Shown: positions 40,001 to 51,105 of the stretch, piece by piece
Numbering within the stretch: the first letter of the stretch is position 1
How the letters are laid out: each line of letters begins with the position of its first letter
Origin: Tubulanus polymorphus
Taxonomy: Eukaryota; Animalia; Nemertea
Assembly: GCF_964204645.1 (NCBI RefSeq)
Contig: NC_134036.1
Span: forward strand, 8,608,030-8,672,029
DNA length: 64,000 nucleotides
Direction: 5' to 3'
Translations under genes and position numbers: made by a program
Notes under the pieces: model-generated
Seen by the model: the letters and a program-made list of their open reading frames with translations, nothing else
The model's database searches: none
What the model was told of the DNA's origin: nothing

Positions 40001-43000
40001 CATATCGTTAGACATTCGTTAATATATTGAGGCTCAAACTTACATATTTATTATCACAATATACAGGATAATGGATTGACTTCTCATTCGGAGATTGTTG
40101 GCACAGTTTCAAAGAATTGGAAGAACCGACCCATTGCGTTAACAACCCGTTCAAACTAATTATGTACTATTTTCAGCACATCTCCCAGGAGTTTTGAAGG
40201 AGTTTTGTTTAAAGAGGCGAGTTTCTAACGCTCTTAATCAGCAATATTTGGCTCGGCTTTGGCAACAATTTATATTAACAATTTATATATACTAATTTAT
40301 GTATGGTATGGTATGGTATGGTATGGTGTGTGGTGTGGTGTGGTGTTGCGTGGCGTGGCATGGCATGGCGTGGCGTGGCGTGGCGTGGCGTGGCGTGGCG
40401 TGGCGTGTTGTGGTGTGGTATACGGTATGGTATATGGCATGGCATGGTACTAATGGTGCTAATCCCCGTTCCACTCACACTCGCATACACACACCAATCA
40501 CATCGCTAGTTTACCAGGCAAAAGAGATTAGATTAGATCTGAAACGATCGGCGTTTAACGTTTCTATTGCTATGTACACTTACTACGTCTTTGAATTCAA
40601 ATCCCGTGCCGATCAAGTCCACGTTTAAAGAGCCAGCCAGAATATACTTTCCTCTGCAACCCCAGCCTAAGCCGTAGTCGTAGTCCTTTTTCGTATAAGG
40701 TATCGTGCCTGCTGTAATTTCTCTGTACGTACCGTCCCCGGCGTCGATTACCAAGTTGCCCTATACATATAGACAAACAAACAAGAAGCATCTTTCATTC
40801 CGCTCGTTATTTCGTTTAATTCGTATTTATTTGTTAAAATAATGGGGAGGTACAACGCAAAGTTTTCCCGCCAGATGGCGTGACGTTTACTCAGCCTTTC
40901 GTTGTCAAAATCAGTTCATTTTCGATGAACTTCAAACTGAATTTTAGGCTCCCGAATCCACGCATTACCATTCAAGCCAACAAATATACTTTAAATTCAT
41001 TTTTCTACTTAGATAGGTGTAGTTTCCATAACATTTGATGTATTTAAGAGAAAAGTTCATTCGGTTTTCATTGAAATGTAGAAGAAATTGGAGTAACTAC
41101 TAGCGAACCTGGTGGATCCTTGCTTGCCACAGCAGCGTTGTAGGTACCCATCATACCCGGGTGATACGCTGATATGACGGATAATGATATAGATGTTACT
41201 AATTCAGTGTAGAGGACAATGAACGGTCCCACGATTGATGAAACAAGAGTTAGATAAGTTTTTCTAGCTATATTCAGATATACGGTACCGTAGTAAACCC
41301 AGACGATAAACTTAAAATACCATCGACTGCCTTTGGTGGCAGATTCTGGCCAAGTATAAAACACACAAGAAACCAAGTTCAGTGCAGTGCGCCGATATAT
41401 CGCCTGCTTCCTGCGTCCGTTTAAAAAAGCAAAACAAAGAGAACATTTTGGCACGCTTCTGCGTGGTAATATTCGTGTTTGTGCAGCGCAAAAATCGACG
41501 CAGAAATGAAGGATATACTTTGTTTTGCGCTGAATATGGTTTTCTAGATGTTTGGCCCGAATCGGCTATACCACAACTGCGAGATCGTCATTATAAGATT
41601 AGAATATACGTATCAGTCGAACCCGACATGGTTGTAATATGATCCCGAAAGGAACAAGGTCTTTGTGCTGCCCGGCCTTCCAAACTAGCGTAACCGCACG
41701 CATCAATACGCCCCAATATGAAAACTCGATCAGAATGCAGTTCATCTTCGATCTACTGCGCTCAACATAAAGCAGCTTTATTCAACAAACCGTTTCTTAC
41801 AAGCGCTCCAATTATTTGGCAAAACACCTCCTCCTCTATTAGAAATGCAAACAACATAGGTAGTTTTGTTATATTGATTAAAAAACAGTTCATATATTAA
41901 CGATCATATGAATAATTTCTGAAAAACTTGGAAGGAATTAATATTTCAATTAATTGATAATGCTCATTTCACGTTCATCATCATTTCACCTCATTTCACC
42001 ACATTCCATTTGTAATTCCCTATTTTCATATCATGGGTTCATCGCCCCTTTTGAGCACAGCCTTTATATTAAGGACGCATCCCGGCACTGTAACTTTTGA
42101 AATTTATTACTAAAAATATATAATATATGTTAATTAATTCTGTAAGTATATACTTGTTATTGCAGCGCAAAATAAACATATATTCAATTCAATATTCAAC
42201 GACTAAGAAGTTGATCCAAACCGTCGATGCAAGATTTTTCATTTCGCATCATTTGAGAAACTACAGATATAAATATTTCGGTTTGATCGGATATTACGCT
42301 TAAAGGCAAGCTGTATAACACTGGCGGCCAAATGGACAAGTTCCATTGGTCGTCTGGTTGCTTTCTATGTTCAAGACACTTGGTTCGATCCCCGGTGAGT
42401 GCGCGTAATTTCGTGGTCACTTCTATTCTCACTACGTGGCGCTGCGGACAGACGGTAAGAAATCAGTTTGGCTTTGGTTTTCCTCGCTGTCGGGCGTGCT
42501 TGTGCGGTTGTGTTGGTTCACAACTTGGCCTTGAGCTGTGACCATGTACTTTTGTTGATCTGTGTGTCCTCTTTTGTGCAGTTTGGAGTCAGTCGTCCGG
42601 GGTATTCCACTGTGTGTGGAATAGGGGGTAGTCCACTGTGTGTGGTCGGATCCAATGTGTTTGGATAGATTTTTGAAGCCCACTGTGCGCGGGCGTCCAA
42701 TGTGTTTGGACCAAATTTCTAGCGATCCAATGTGTTTGGATAGATTTTTGAAGCCCACTTTGTGCGGGCGTCCAATGTGTTTGGACCAATTTCTGAGCGA
42801 TCCAATGTGTTTTGATAGATTTTGAAAGCCCACCGCGCGCGGGCGTCCAATGTGTTTGGACCAAATTTTTAGCGATCCAATGTGTTTGGATAGATTTTTG
42901 AAGCCCACTTTGTGCGGGCGTCTAATGTGTTTGGACCAATTTCTGAGCGATCCAATGTGTTTTGATAGATTTTGAAAGCCCACTGTGCCCCGGCGTCCAA

Positions 43001-46000
43001 TGTGTTTGGACCAAATTTTTAGCGATGCAATGTGTTTGGAGGGAATTTGAAGCCCACTGTGTGCGGGCGTCCAATGTGTTTGGACAAACTTGCTGTAGCC
43101 ACTGGGTGTGGATATGAAGCTGTGTGCGTCACAGTACTGTGCGTCTCTTTGCCTGCTGGATGCGGGATGGAGGTCTGCCCCGGAGTGTGAGAGAAAAGAA
43201 TGCAAGAATCGATACGTTTACGAATAAAGAGTGATAATTAATGAATGAATTTTTAGGGCAGGGAAAACTCGAGCGGTCAGGGTTGTTGGATTTATGTGAG
43301 ATTTATCGGTCAGGGAGTTCGCCTCTTATATCGGTTTTCTGATTTAGTTTGCTCCGTTTGACGTGTGACAAATACCTTACATTTTGCAGTTTTACGCGAG
43401 CACTCAGATCTTAGCATTTTCATATTTATTGTTTACGCAGCTTCGTGTTGCGTTTGCCCTTGTATTCCACGGGTTTTGCTTGTTGGTCAATTTGTCTTTT
43501 ACCGTTTTCCGAGGTGGAAATGAAATTGCAAAAGATTTGGCGTCTGAAACCTGTCGATTGTTTACGCTGGTAATAAAGTTAGGTCGTCGATCAGTTTCAA
43601 TGTGTTGTTCATATTGCGTCCTGTTTTCAATTCTCTAGCCGTTGTTAGGCTTCGGTCATGTTGGCTGGGGGGTTGGTTTAGTATACTCCTTTTAGTTGCC
43701 TTGGGATACGGTACGATCTGCTTTGAAGGTGTGGATGCTATTCTCGACGATTGTGGTTACTGTTGGGTAACTATTGAGGGGTTGCTTTTCCTTCCCTATG
43801 GTTATGTTACCGCGGTTGATGATGCTTACAAACCATTGTACGTGTACATTTGAGCGACTAGGGAGGTTCAGTCCCGTAAGGCTTTGTTCGGTGCGTCGCT
43901 TGGGTTGTACCGGTTTTTCCCCATATCTGTATATTTCGGTGGTATGTCCGCACAACAGGGAGTGAGAATATTATACTATAATCGATGAATCGTCACTTGC
44001 CACAAGCGGAATCTTCGATCGCAAGTTGCACATCGAATCGAGACTGCTCTTAAGTTGTTCGAAATAAAACTAACTTATTTCAAAGTCTAATGTTTGCTGA
44101 TCGAGCCTCGTTGTAAATGTATCGCCGGCGAGACTATGACTGGTTCACGCGAGTTTTCTGCAGTGCGCACTATACGGAGTGTCGTAAAAAAGAATTACAT
44201 TTGAGATTACATTACAAGATTACATTTGTCTACTGAATGGTTGCTTTCATTAGTATCATTAGTATCTTCTATATAGTGTTCTATTTGATCGTACGCATAG
44301 ATATTTCAATGTCTGTTTTAAATTCACCGTTGATCTCAACGATGAAGTTTGGTTGAATGAGTGAATACAAATATAAGCGCATTGTATGGTTATGAAGGAT
44401 CCATGCAGCTTACCTCGCTGTCCGGTAGGAAAACACGAAGTTTGCGCCATTCGGCTTCGTAATTGTTCGGCGCATCGCAGCCGACTTTAACGAAATTTTG
44501 CTCCGGCTGGACGTTCAAATATTCTTTCGGGCTTTCCGTGTTCATATCTTTGCAGTAAACGTGGGTGCTTTTTTCGCGGCCGTCGTGTTGAAACTTCACC
44601 AAGTAGGTGCCGTCGTAGTTTACAGAATTCTCTCTTTTATATCTCAAACACGGCGACTTGATAGGATTGCAGTGCACAGCTGGATGTAATACAAGTTATT
44701 ATATATTATGACGACATACGCTGCCCCCGTTCCTTTTAGATTAAATCGTAGATATACAGAGGTTGTCTCTGAAAATGTGTCACCCAAGCCTTAAGGTTAG
44801 TTTTTCATTAACTATGATTTTAGTTATCATTTTTGGGGGTAAGGTTGGTAGAATGATGTGTCAAATTAATTAAACATTGAGCTTAACTGCAATGGTAAAA
44901 TGGTGATGATATTGAACAAGTCCCAGAGAAGCTTAATTAGTAATGAGGCCCAACAATTTTATCAAGTAGAAATCGGCTTCAGTTGATTTAATTATCTGGT
45001 TTCGAATTATGTGAAGTGGCAACAGAACAATTATCAATAAACGTATATAATGTTATAATCATTATTTGTTGTATTTTGTTCTACTCCATTTTAAGGACCA
45101 TACAAAAACATGGTATGTGCAGCCATGCATGACTTATTTATTGCAGTTAAACATTCCATCCTAGAGTCAACCAACATCCAGGTCTACCAACTTAACCACC
45201 CAAAAATATATCTCAATTATAGTTAATGAATGATTTATCATTAAGCTACGGAAATACAATTTTTGAGACACCCTGTAGAATAAAAGCGTTTTATTCCATT
45301 TTAGCTCTTAACGTTTCGGCCTTCAAGCCTTAATCGTTTATGGTGGGATTCGGGCCGCAATGATAAACAAGAATACATAATACGTAACTGATCATAATCA
45401 TATGTTATTGAATATTCATACTTTATATTTGTATATTTGAAAAATACGTGGAATTCATTATACCAGAGAAAAAAAAACTAAAGCGTTCCATTACCTACAC
45501 ATTCCGAACAATATTCCCAACGTGTCTCCGGATCAGTGGTATAACACCAGGCTCCGAGCCCCTCCCGGTAAGGATTCCTGCAATAGTTCGACGCGGTTTC
45601 CTTGTCTACCAGACTATCGTAAACACGATGTTTGTGGGGTGATTGTGAATTCCAAGCCTGACACGTTTTCCCGGACCACGTTTGACTCGCAGTTCCCTTG
45701 TAGTCGCCAGCCATTTCGCCGAGGCTACATTCTAAATAAAAAGAAGTATCGAATCGAAACTACTGACCATAACATTGTTCCTGCGTACGACGTTCCTTGT
45801 CGCTATTTAGGTAACGATCAGAGACAAGTTTTATGTAGATTTGCTCTAAGATAATCACAGGAAACATTGTTAAACCAAGACGTTACTAAAAGCCTAGGGC
45901 CCTGATTTAACGACTGGTACCGTATTAATTTTCCGAACACAATTGAAAGTGAATCGCGTTAGCCCCCGGGTTAAAGTTAATAAATACCAGTTAGTTAGCA

Positions 46001-48601
46001 CCAACTAGCCGTAGGGTTACATTGATTATCGAACTATAAAACCGAACTTACCCGCCTGCTAGCTTTTGAAGCTAGGGTTATTAGATTCAGCCCCCGGTTT
46101 CAAAGTTGATTAAGAAATCACAGTCTATAATACCGCCCTTAGACGATCATACAATTATAATAAAGAAGTTTCCAGTTTCTAGGCGCCATTTCGTGGCCAT
46201 CCCACGAGGTCCCCATTGTTGCGATAATTTGCGCTCATTTCTAAAACATAAGTTTTGATTTAATGCCATGTAGCTCTGCAGTCCCTTGCTTGATTAACTT
46301 CATTTATAGACCATTCTAAGGAAATGAAATGCGGATATTTACTGGTGATTCTTGGATTTTTTGAATGCAACAATCGAGAGCAGTGACGGTGTAAAACCAA
46401 GGACCGCATATTTTAACCACGCGTCGAAAAATTGCGATTTTCATAGATTTTGAAATATCTAAGTGGTTAATAAAGCTAGATTTTCCATCGTTATTGTGGT
46501 TATGGAGCGTAATTTACAATTTCTGCGTTGAAATTTCTTAGATGTAAAATGGCGCCTAGAAAGTTCACAGAAAGTTCATAAACTCAAAAAAGTGCATCCT
46601 TTAATGCCCAGTGTTCCATATATGACATCAATTTGTTGATTGAAAGCGTACAAGCTACGTTCTGGCCATGGGTCGTATATGACCCTTTGGGTCGTAGTGG
46701 TAAATTTACTTTCATGGAGCGCCACCTGGTGAGTTTTCTACCAACCGACAGGGCTCATATATGGAACATTGGGCTTTTAAGGTAGCATAGGTGCTATAAA
46801 ACACAGCTGTCTCACCCACCATCAACAGTTCTTAAATTCATGACCAGCTACTAAGGAGGGTTCATATTTGACCCGCGGGGCATGTATACTTTAGATACAG
46901 TAGTATTGTATTTATTTATTACTCATCACAGTTGGACAAACTGGTCTAAATCTAAATCACCACGATTTATCAGATGGTAGTCTATTGAAGAAAGCGTAAT
47001 AAGTATCGAAAAAGGATAGGTTATAAATTACACGAAGAAGGTTCAATTCCTGGTCAACTACGATTCGACAGCCCCGAGAAGAAACGTTCTTCTTTCAGGT
47101 TTTTCAATAAAAGGATATCCAAATTTGTTTATATTGATGCAATGAGCTTTTATCTAGTTGATTAGTGTATCTGTTTAAAAAAGACAAATTATCGATCATA
47201 TTTTGAATATTCATCGTTACATTTGATTATATATTGAGTAATAAGTTCGATCAATTCTACCTGGAAACCAAAGCGTTCGATCTGTTACTTATACAACGAT
47301 GTAGGCAATAATCGACCGGTCGAAATTCCAGTGCCAAAAATCCACCAAATTTGATTTCACAACAAAATCTGACAAAATATATCAATATTATTAAGTTGAA
47401 AAAATCTTTTTCGTGAATGCAAAATTATATGGCGTCGGTCATTATATTCATCTCGGATAATCTGTGAATTGATACAAGCTACATACGACATATTTTTTTT
47501 TTACCTGCTAAGCGCCACACAGGGCATTATAGGTGGGTTCGATGTTTCTTTTGCCCAATGGGGGAGAGACCAGAGAAGAACCTTCGACCAAGAAACTCTG
47601 TCGCCACCAGGGTTTGACCCCATAAAGCCTGGATTGACGAGACCAGCGACCGGCGACTTAACCCACTCGGCCACTGCGCCTCTCTCGACATAACGACAAA
47701 ACGACATAATTCTGTGACTTTAGGCAAGTAACGTTCAAGCTACATGCATTAAGAATGATATTATCGTAAGTTTGAAAAAAGAAATAAACGTTTAAAGTAA
47801 CGATAGAATATCTGTATACAAATGTATTCCTAAATCTTGACGTATAACGTATTATCTACGTAGTTTTTCACTCTAGTTTGATTGAAAACTGAATTTGGAG
47901 GATTTGTACCAAGTGGACTGGGGTGGGGGTATTTACCGGGGGATTTTAATTTGTCGGATTGTTACCTGTTACCCATTCACAATCGGAACACGGTTCCGTA
48001 GTTGCCGTATTAGCGATAAAACACCAGGCTCCGAGCGGTCCTTTGTCAGGGTTCCTGCAATAATTCGACGCAGTTTCCTTGTCTTCCAGCATGTCGTAAT
48101 AGCCTTCCATGAGAGGTTGTCCATATTTCCAGGGATGACACGTTTTACCAGACCGCGTTCGATTCACAGTTCCTCTGTAATCATTACCATAAGCGGGGAT
48201 ACTACTGCAGTCTAAAATAAAAAGAAATATCCAATATAGTGGGAAGGACGTAGGGACGGAGGGAGGGAGGGAAGGAGGGAGGGAAGGAGGGAGGGAGGGA
48301 GGGAGGGAGGCAGGCAGGGAGGCAGGGAGGGAGGCAGGCAGGGAGGCAGGCAGGGAGAAAGGGAGGGAGGATGGGAGGAAGGAAGGGAGGGAGAAAGGGA
48401 GGGAGGGAGGATGGGAGGGAGGAAGGGAGGGAGAAAGGGGAGGAAGGGAAGATATCTTGTTTGAATTCAGTGCTTTACTGAGGTCATTGAACACTAACTG
48501 ATATTTGACAAGACGATTAGAATTCAAATCTGTAGATCATTCTTACCGGCACTCAGGAAATAAACCAGTAACAAAACGAACGAATATCTCATGTAAGTCA
48601 T
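27940..48601 (-). CDS. Host gene (13 exons): signal peptide, Kringle x2, GON x2, EGF x3, hydrophobic C-terminal tail
   Basis: GT-AG exons with compatible phases: 48601-48547, 48211-47966, 45731-45495, 44679-44414, 40760-40584, 39985-39825, 39287-38972, 37436-37278, 36129-36009, 35754-35704, 35162-35037, 32035-31910, 30781-30659, plus a tentative terminal exon 28079-27940. Confidence 0.75.
28757..29490 (+). repeat. ~122-bp GC-rich tandem repeat, 6 copies
   Basis: Units start TGACCGGGCCTTGATCA and end GTTCGAAAAACG. Confidence 0.92.
30659..30781 (-). CDS. Exon: EGF-like domain 3
   Basis: [34 protein letters not shown]; CAG acceptor, AAG|GTAAG donor, phase 1-1. Confidence 0.72.
31642..31683 (+). 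ncRNA. Minimal type I hammerhead ribozyme remnant (Penelope-like), core variant
   Basis: ACAC-CCGACGA-CGATC(loop)GATC-GAAAC-GTC-GTGT; stems I and II pair; core reads CCGACGA instead of CTGANGA. Confidence 0.55.
31910..32035 (-). CDS. Exon: calcium-binding EGF-like domain 2
   Basis: [42 protein letters not shown]; phase 1-1. Confidence 0.88.
34150..34845. repeat. TTGTCGA/CGACAAT repeats in both orientations plus ~50-bp AAGTGGCTGGGATCGA repeats (MITE remnants)
   Basis: Short repeats at 34150-34230 and 34660-34845; ~50-bp units at 34277-34500, also at 32910-33030. Confidence 0.6.
35037..35162 (-). CDS. Exon: calcium-binding EGF-like domain 1 (not in the ORF track)
   Basis: [41 protein letters not shown]; phase 1-1. 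Confidence 0.9.
35389..35635. mobile_element. TA-flanked MITE (Tc1/mariner type)
   Basis: ~60-bp imperfect TIR CGGCTGCGGTCAGA..AAGCTCTGTGG / CCACAGAGCTT..TCTGACCGCAGCCG; TA at both ends. Confidence 0.7.
35704..35754 (-). CDS. 51-bp micro-exon: end of GON domain 2
   Basis: [17 protein letters not shown]; phase 1-1; AAG|GTCAGT donor. Confidence 0.55.
36009..36129 (-). CDS. Exon: GON domain 2 continuation (donor tentative)
   Basis: CAG acceptor; LPLRSTVC...FVMCFS; phase-1 donor G|GTAAAG fits the next exon. Confidence 0.5.
37278..37436 (-). CDS. Exon: GON domain 2, middle part
   Basis: [14 protein letters not shown]...[10 protein letters not shown]; phase 0-0. Confidence 0.8.
38295..38655. mobile_element. 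TA-flanked MITE (Tc1/mariner type)
   Basis: TIR TGTCAC..TGCTCTCCGTGCGACG..TTTGGTCCGTA..TTCGTTAATAATC and its reverse complement; TA flanks. Confidence 0.8.
38972..39287 (-). CDS. Exon: GON domain 2, N-terminal part
   Basis: PTSCLNLK...DGDYYI...KVYCKFM...PVEYLTL..G.ENNYS...GTSLYSKVR. Confidence 0.85.
39350..39805. repeat. (GACAGA/GGGACA)n simple repeat
   Basis: Direct inspection; source of spurious SLSLS and DRDRD ORFs. Confidence 0.92.
39825..39985 (-). CDS. Exon: GON domain 1, C-terminal part
   Basis: Open frame FWRVPDGG...[14 protein letters not shown]; phase 0 to 2 matches both neighbours. Confidence 0.65.
40300..40447. repeat. Pentanucleotide repeat (GGTAT/GGTGT/GGCGT)
   Basis: Direct inspection. 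Confidence 0.92.
40584..40760 (-). CDS. Exon: GON domain 1, middle part
   Basis: [10 protein letters not shown]...YGLGWGC...[12 protein letters not shown]; TAG acceptor, GTAAGT donor. Confidence 0.8.
41700..41900 (+). mobile_element. 3' fragment of a CR1/L2-group LINE
   Basis: KTRS...[27 protein letters not shown] resembles the ORF2 C-terminus. Confidence 0.45.
42649..43085. repeat. 75-bp tandem repeat (~6 units, two TCCAATGTGTTTGGA subunits each)
   Basis: Unit starts at 42649, 42724, 42799, 42874, 42949 and 43024. Confidence 0.92.
44414..44679 (-). CDS. Exon: GON domain 1, N-terminal part
   Basis: PCLRYK...DGTYLV...[19 protein letters not shown]...WRKLRV; donor GAG|GTAAG. Confidence 0.82.
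44757..45275. mobile_element. TA-flanked Tc1/mariner-type MITE
   Basis: TA-CAGAGGTTGTCTC ... GAGACACCCTG-TA, with inner inverted segments. Confidence 0.7.
45495..45731 (-). CDS. Exon: Kringle domain 2
   Basis: [27 protein letters not shown]...NYCRNP...[18 protein letters not shown]; phase 1-1. Confidence 0.92.
46605..46776. mobile_element. TTAA-flanked MITE (Kolobok/piggyBac type)
   Basis: TIR GCCCAGTGTTCCATATATGA / TCATATATGGAACATTGGGC; TTAA on both sides; related copy near 32360-32495. Confidence 0.75.
47493..47685 (-). mobile_element. tRNA-derived SINE
   Basis: A box TGGCCGAGTGG, B-box-like GGGTCAAACCC, poly(A) tail, flanking direct repeat CGACATA. Confidence 0.8.
47966..48211 (-). CDS. 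Exon: Kringle domain 1
   Basis: [21 protein letters not shown]...NYCRNPD..GAWCF...C..C; six cysteines. Confidence 0.9.
48255..48450. repeat. (GGGA/GGCA)n purine-rich repeat
   Basis: Direct inspection. Confidence 0.9.
48547..48601 (-). CDS. Exon: signal peptide
   Basis: [18 protein letters not shown] followed by G|GTAAGA donor, phase 1, matching the Kringle exon. Confidence 0.65.
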
Positions 48602-49619
48602 CTAGAATTAGATAAACATTATACGTACATTTGTGAGGTGATAAGTTCAGCATTTTATCGAGATTGGTTAATAGTTTATAGATTTCAGACAGATCGTTGT
48701 AGTTTCTAGATTTGCGATATCGAACTAATAAATAATCATGATCTTTTTGGTTTCTAGATCCCCAATATATAAGACTTATATATACGACATATTATATATA
48801 TTCCGAATAATTTATTCCGATTTAATGTTTACGAGACAGATCTCTGAAGTTTCTAGAGCCCCGAAGTCGGACTGAGATCTACGAGGCAAATCGCTTTAGC
48901 TTCTACATCCCCGACATCAGACCAATATCGACGATGAAAGTGTTAATTATGATAATCGACACCTTGTATTGTCAGTTGCTTTCAACATAATTGCCGAGTA
49001 ACACCGACTAAGACCGGATAGCCAGCATTAGCGAAAAACGGGGTGTCACATAAATAATCGCAAAACATCTTCTCTTGTCGACACTTACGAGAATAATGAA
49101 ATATGATCGCATATTCGCTCTATTCGAAAACAAAACAAAAACCTCTAATATGGGAACTCTTTCTTTTCAACATTTCAATGGATTTTCGATCATTATACTC
49201 TCTTCCGAGGATCTATCACGTCTATTCCTTCGATCATTCTGAGATACCAAATTCCTTTCACTAGAAAAGCATTCCGAATTAACGCTTTAATTATCAACAC
49301 GCCAAGAATAAACGCGAAATAAATATTACGCATATAGGACAAGCTGTATAACCACTAGCCTATATCCATTTCCCCAGTGACATCAACTCCCCCTATGTAG
49401 AGGCTACTCGTCCACTATGGAGTATTAGGAGGAAATGACTTTTCGCGGACGAATGGGCACGGAGGCAAGACAGATACATATAGGGAGGGTGGGAGGGAGC
49501 AAAAAAGCGGATCGCAAGTCAACAGGGGAGGGGAAACGTGAGGGTCCATCCAGCCACAATACGGACTCGTCGTCCACCGAGTCTTCAGGCAAACTGCGTA
49601 GTGTCAGATTATTACACCG

Positions 49620-50655
49620 GTGGTGCTGATGTCACTGAGAAACTTGGCCACTTATAGACAACAAGCTCGAGGGATTGTTCAGTTCGTCACAGAAGCACTT
49701 GAAACTGAAGAAAAATCAATTGCCTACATGCGGGAAAATGGACTTTTAGCAAGTTCCAAAAATTGCCAAGTGAATATATTAAAAAACAAATTGCATTTCT
49801 ATTTTTCTTTAGTCAATTCCAGTTCTCTGATATCAGTTTCAACACGGTTAAGCCTTCAAAATCACAGTAGATTCATTATTTATTTTCAGCACTGTCAACG
49901 TGAGATGCGCCTCCAAAAAAAAAAAACAAACGTGGGGACGGCGAAATATGGCATTGTTACGTGGATACGCGACGGCTCTTTTTTTTCAAAATCAAAAATG
50001 AAACTTTCGCAGCTGATGCTTACAGTTTACTGTTTCGGTTTAGATTTGCAACAGTTTGAAGTCATGACATTGCAACCGGATACTACAACTATTATGGAAT
50101 GTTACAGATTGTTACAAGACGTCATGTCTACGGCATTAGTTCAAGCGCCTTTGAAATTCTCCGAACTTGCCACTGATATGGGTGTGGTCGAAATCTACGA
50201 GAGTAAAATTTGGCTAAAAAGCCAAATATCATAGAGGTAGAAGCAGGCAAAATACATGGGTTTTTGGACTTTGTGAGCGGGGAACAAGATACGTTCATCT
50301 GGAAGTTGTTTCGAGACATGACATCCCAACATTAATACCAACAATTGAAAAGACCGTTCCAAAAGGTGCAACTATTTTCTCGGACCAATGGTCTTCTTAT
50401 CATTGTTTAACAGAAAGGGGATACAAACATGACACTTTTAACCATTCGAATGAATTCAAATCCAAAACGGGCGTCTGTACCAATAGTATTGAAGGGTCCT
50501 TAGTGAAACACAAAATATAAGAAAGAAAGGGGGTAGTGGCAACAATGCTTCCATTTTATTTAGACGAATTTATGTATAGACATCGGTATGGTCATTCAAA
50601 TGGGGACGTTTTCTATGTACTAATATCTGATATCACCAAGCAGTATAACTTTTCA
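49620..50655 (+). pseudogene. Merlin (IS1016/ISXO2-like) transposase, decayed
   Basis: IRDGSFFSKSK, VVEIYESK, WVFG, TIFSDQWSSY, H.TFNHSNEF...GVCTNSIEG, YLDEFMYR across frameshifts. Confidence 0.85.
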
Positions 50656-50869
50656 TAAAAGATTCTGAAATTCTGACTGTGAATAAAATAATTGTTCGAT
50701 GTTTCCAGGATTACTTATCGTTGTCTTCGTGTTTCCATATGAATTTTCATAAAAGGTTTCTACATATATAGTTATACCCATATAAATAGGGTATGGCCAA
50801 TTCTCTGTGTACAGTAACAGGTTGTCTTCTAGTAAGAAACTTGACCAGAAATGTGTAGAACAAGTCTAC

Positions 50870-51105
50870 CAAACAACCTACAGATTGAAGTTACCATGGC
50901 AAGAAGTTTTCAAAAAGGATATGGCAACATGGCTTCAAACGTTTGAAGAAGTGCACAACATCCCACGAGACATAGTTTCAGCTTGCCTTCTGGCTTTATG
51001 TGGGAGCATGGCAAGCCCAACGACGAAAATATGCGCTGGACAAATAAATACCACGTTAAATAACTACTTCGTAACTATGTGCGACCCCGGCGGTGGTAAA
51101 CATTC
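50870..51105 (+). pseudogene. Fragment of a DUF3987-like P-loop protein
   Basis: LPWQEVF...WL...LLALCGSM...LNNYFVTMCDPGGGK (Walker A-like), then the frame loses coherence. Confidence 0.45.

Noticed and set aside
47600-47685. tRNA gene
   Set aside because: No complete cloverleaf; it has an unrelated body, poly(A) tail and TSD, so it is a SINE.
49350-50800. TIRs and TSD for the Merlin element
   Set aside because: Only a weak inverted match and no 8-9 bp TSD, so ends were not called.
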